DNA of 32,000 nucleotides. Origin: Candidatus Saccharimonadota bacterium (GTDB lineage Bacteria > Pseudomonadota > Gammaproteobacteria > Enterobacterales > Enterobacteriaceae). The notes below the pieces were generated by a model that saw nothing but the letters and a program-made list of their open reading frames with translations, did not search any database and was not told the origin of the DNA. The stretch's first letter is position 1. Each line of letters begins with the position of its first letter. The position numbers were made by a program, and so were the translations under genes. Below are positions 31,805 to 32,000 of this stretch, piece by piece. The stretch covers positions 420,001-452,000 of the forward strand of contig NZ_OZ060402.1 in NCBI RefSeq assembly GCF_964059045.1, written 5' to 3'.

Positions 31805-32000
31805 ATTATTTATCATGATAAAACAATAAAATTAAATATAATATTGTTCTGATAATTTCTATTGTTGATTAAACCATCAAGAATTTATTTTGATATTATA
31901 TCAATAGAATAAATAATTATATTTAATATTTTATATTAAAAATATATGTCAAAAAAATAGACATATTTTAAAATTATTTAAAATACAATAATTTTTAATG

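Noticed and set aside
31944-31969. 7-bp hairpin (atatgtc ... gacatat) plus UUU, about 140 nt downstream of corC.
   Set aside because: The stem is too short and the loop too large (9 nt) to call with confidence. It could equally belong to an unseen downstream gene.
1-32000. Possibility of a novel defence, toxin or mobile multi-gene system in the window.
   Set aside because: Every ORF longer than about 135 aa is confidently assigned to a well-known housekeeping or biosynthetic family, in an order syntenic with E. coli-derived endosymbiont genomes. No unassigned gene cluster, integrase, transposase, repeat array or compositional island is present.
1592-32000. Search of all spacers for tRNA, rRNA or other structured RNA genes.
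   Set aside because: No spacer contains the G/C-enriched 70-90 nt patch expected of a tRNA or other structured RNA in an A/T-rich genome. Only the two short hairpins reported above stand out.

Overview
This window looks like ordinary core chromosome from a highly reduced, extremely AT-rich gammaproteobacterial insect endosymbiont. AT-richness was judged by eye, not computed. Gene content and order match what I recall for Buchnera aphidicola: pyrG-eno | cysC-cysN-cysD-cysG-cysH-cysI-cysJ | mutS | dsbA-polA | engB | typA | gmk | ygfZ | prfB-lysS-lysA-lgt-thyA-miaB-ybeY-corC. I cannot verify strain or species without a database search. I can support 24 protein-coding genes: 22 plainly intact, one partial at the window edge, and one frameshifted. 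I also support one programmed +1 recoding site and a few hairpins and palindromes in the spacers. I found no rRNA, tRNA, CRISPR array, transposon, integrase, phage or defence-like gene. All short ORFs in spacers or antisense to genes look like artefacts of AT-rich sequence. I therefore do not see evidence for a new multi-gene biological system here. The observations worth following up are small-scale genome-decay and recoding features. (1) The essential GTPase gene engB is broken by a frameshift inside an A11 tract, which leaves its P-loop without a usable start. (2) prfB keeps the canonical +1 frameshift site, which the ORF track misses, while its SPF stop-codon-recognition tripeptide reads NPL. 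(3) polA keeps its polymerase motifs but has lost three of the four 3'-5' exonuclease carboxylates. (4) mutS carries an in-frame A13 tract near its 5' end. (5) All seven sulfate-assimilation and siroheme genes are fused into one co-oriented block. (6) Two perfect GC-containing hairpins sit in otherwise featureless long spacers.
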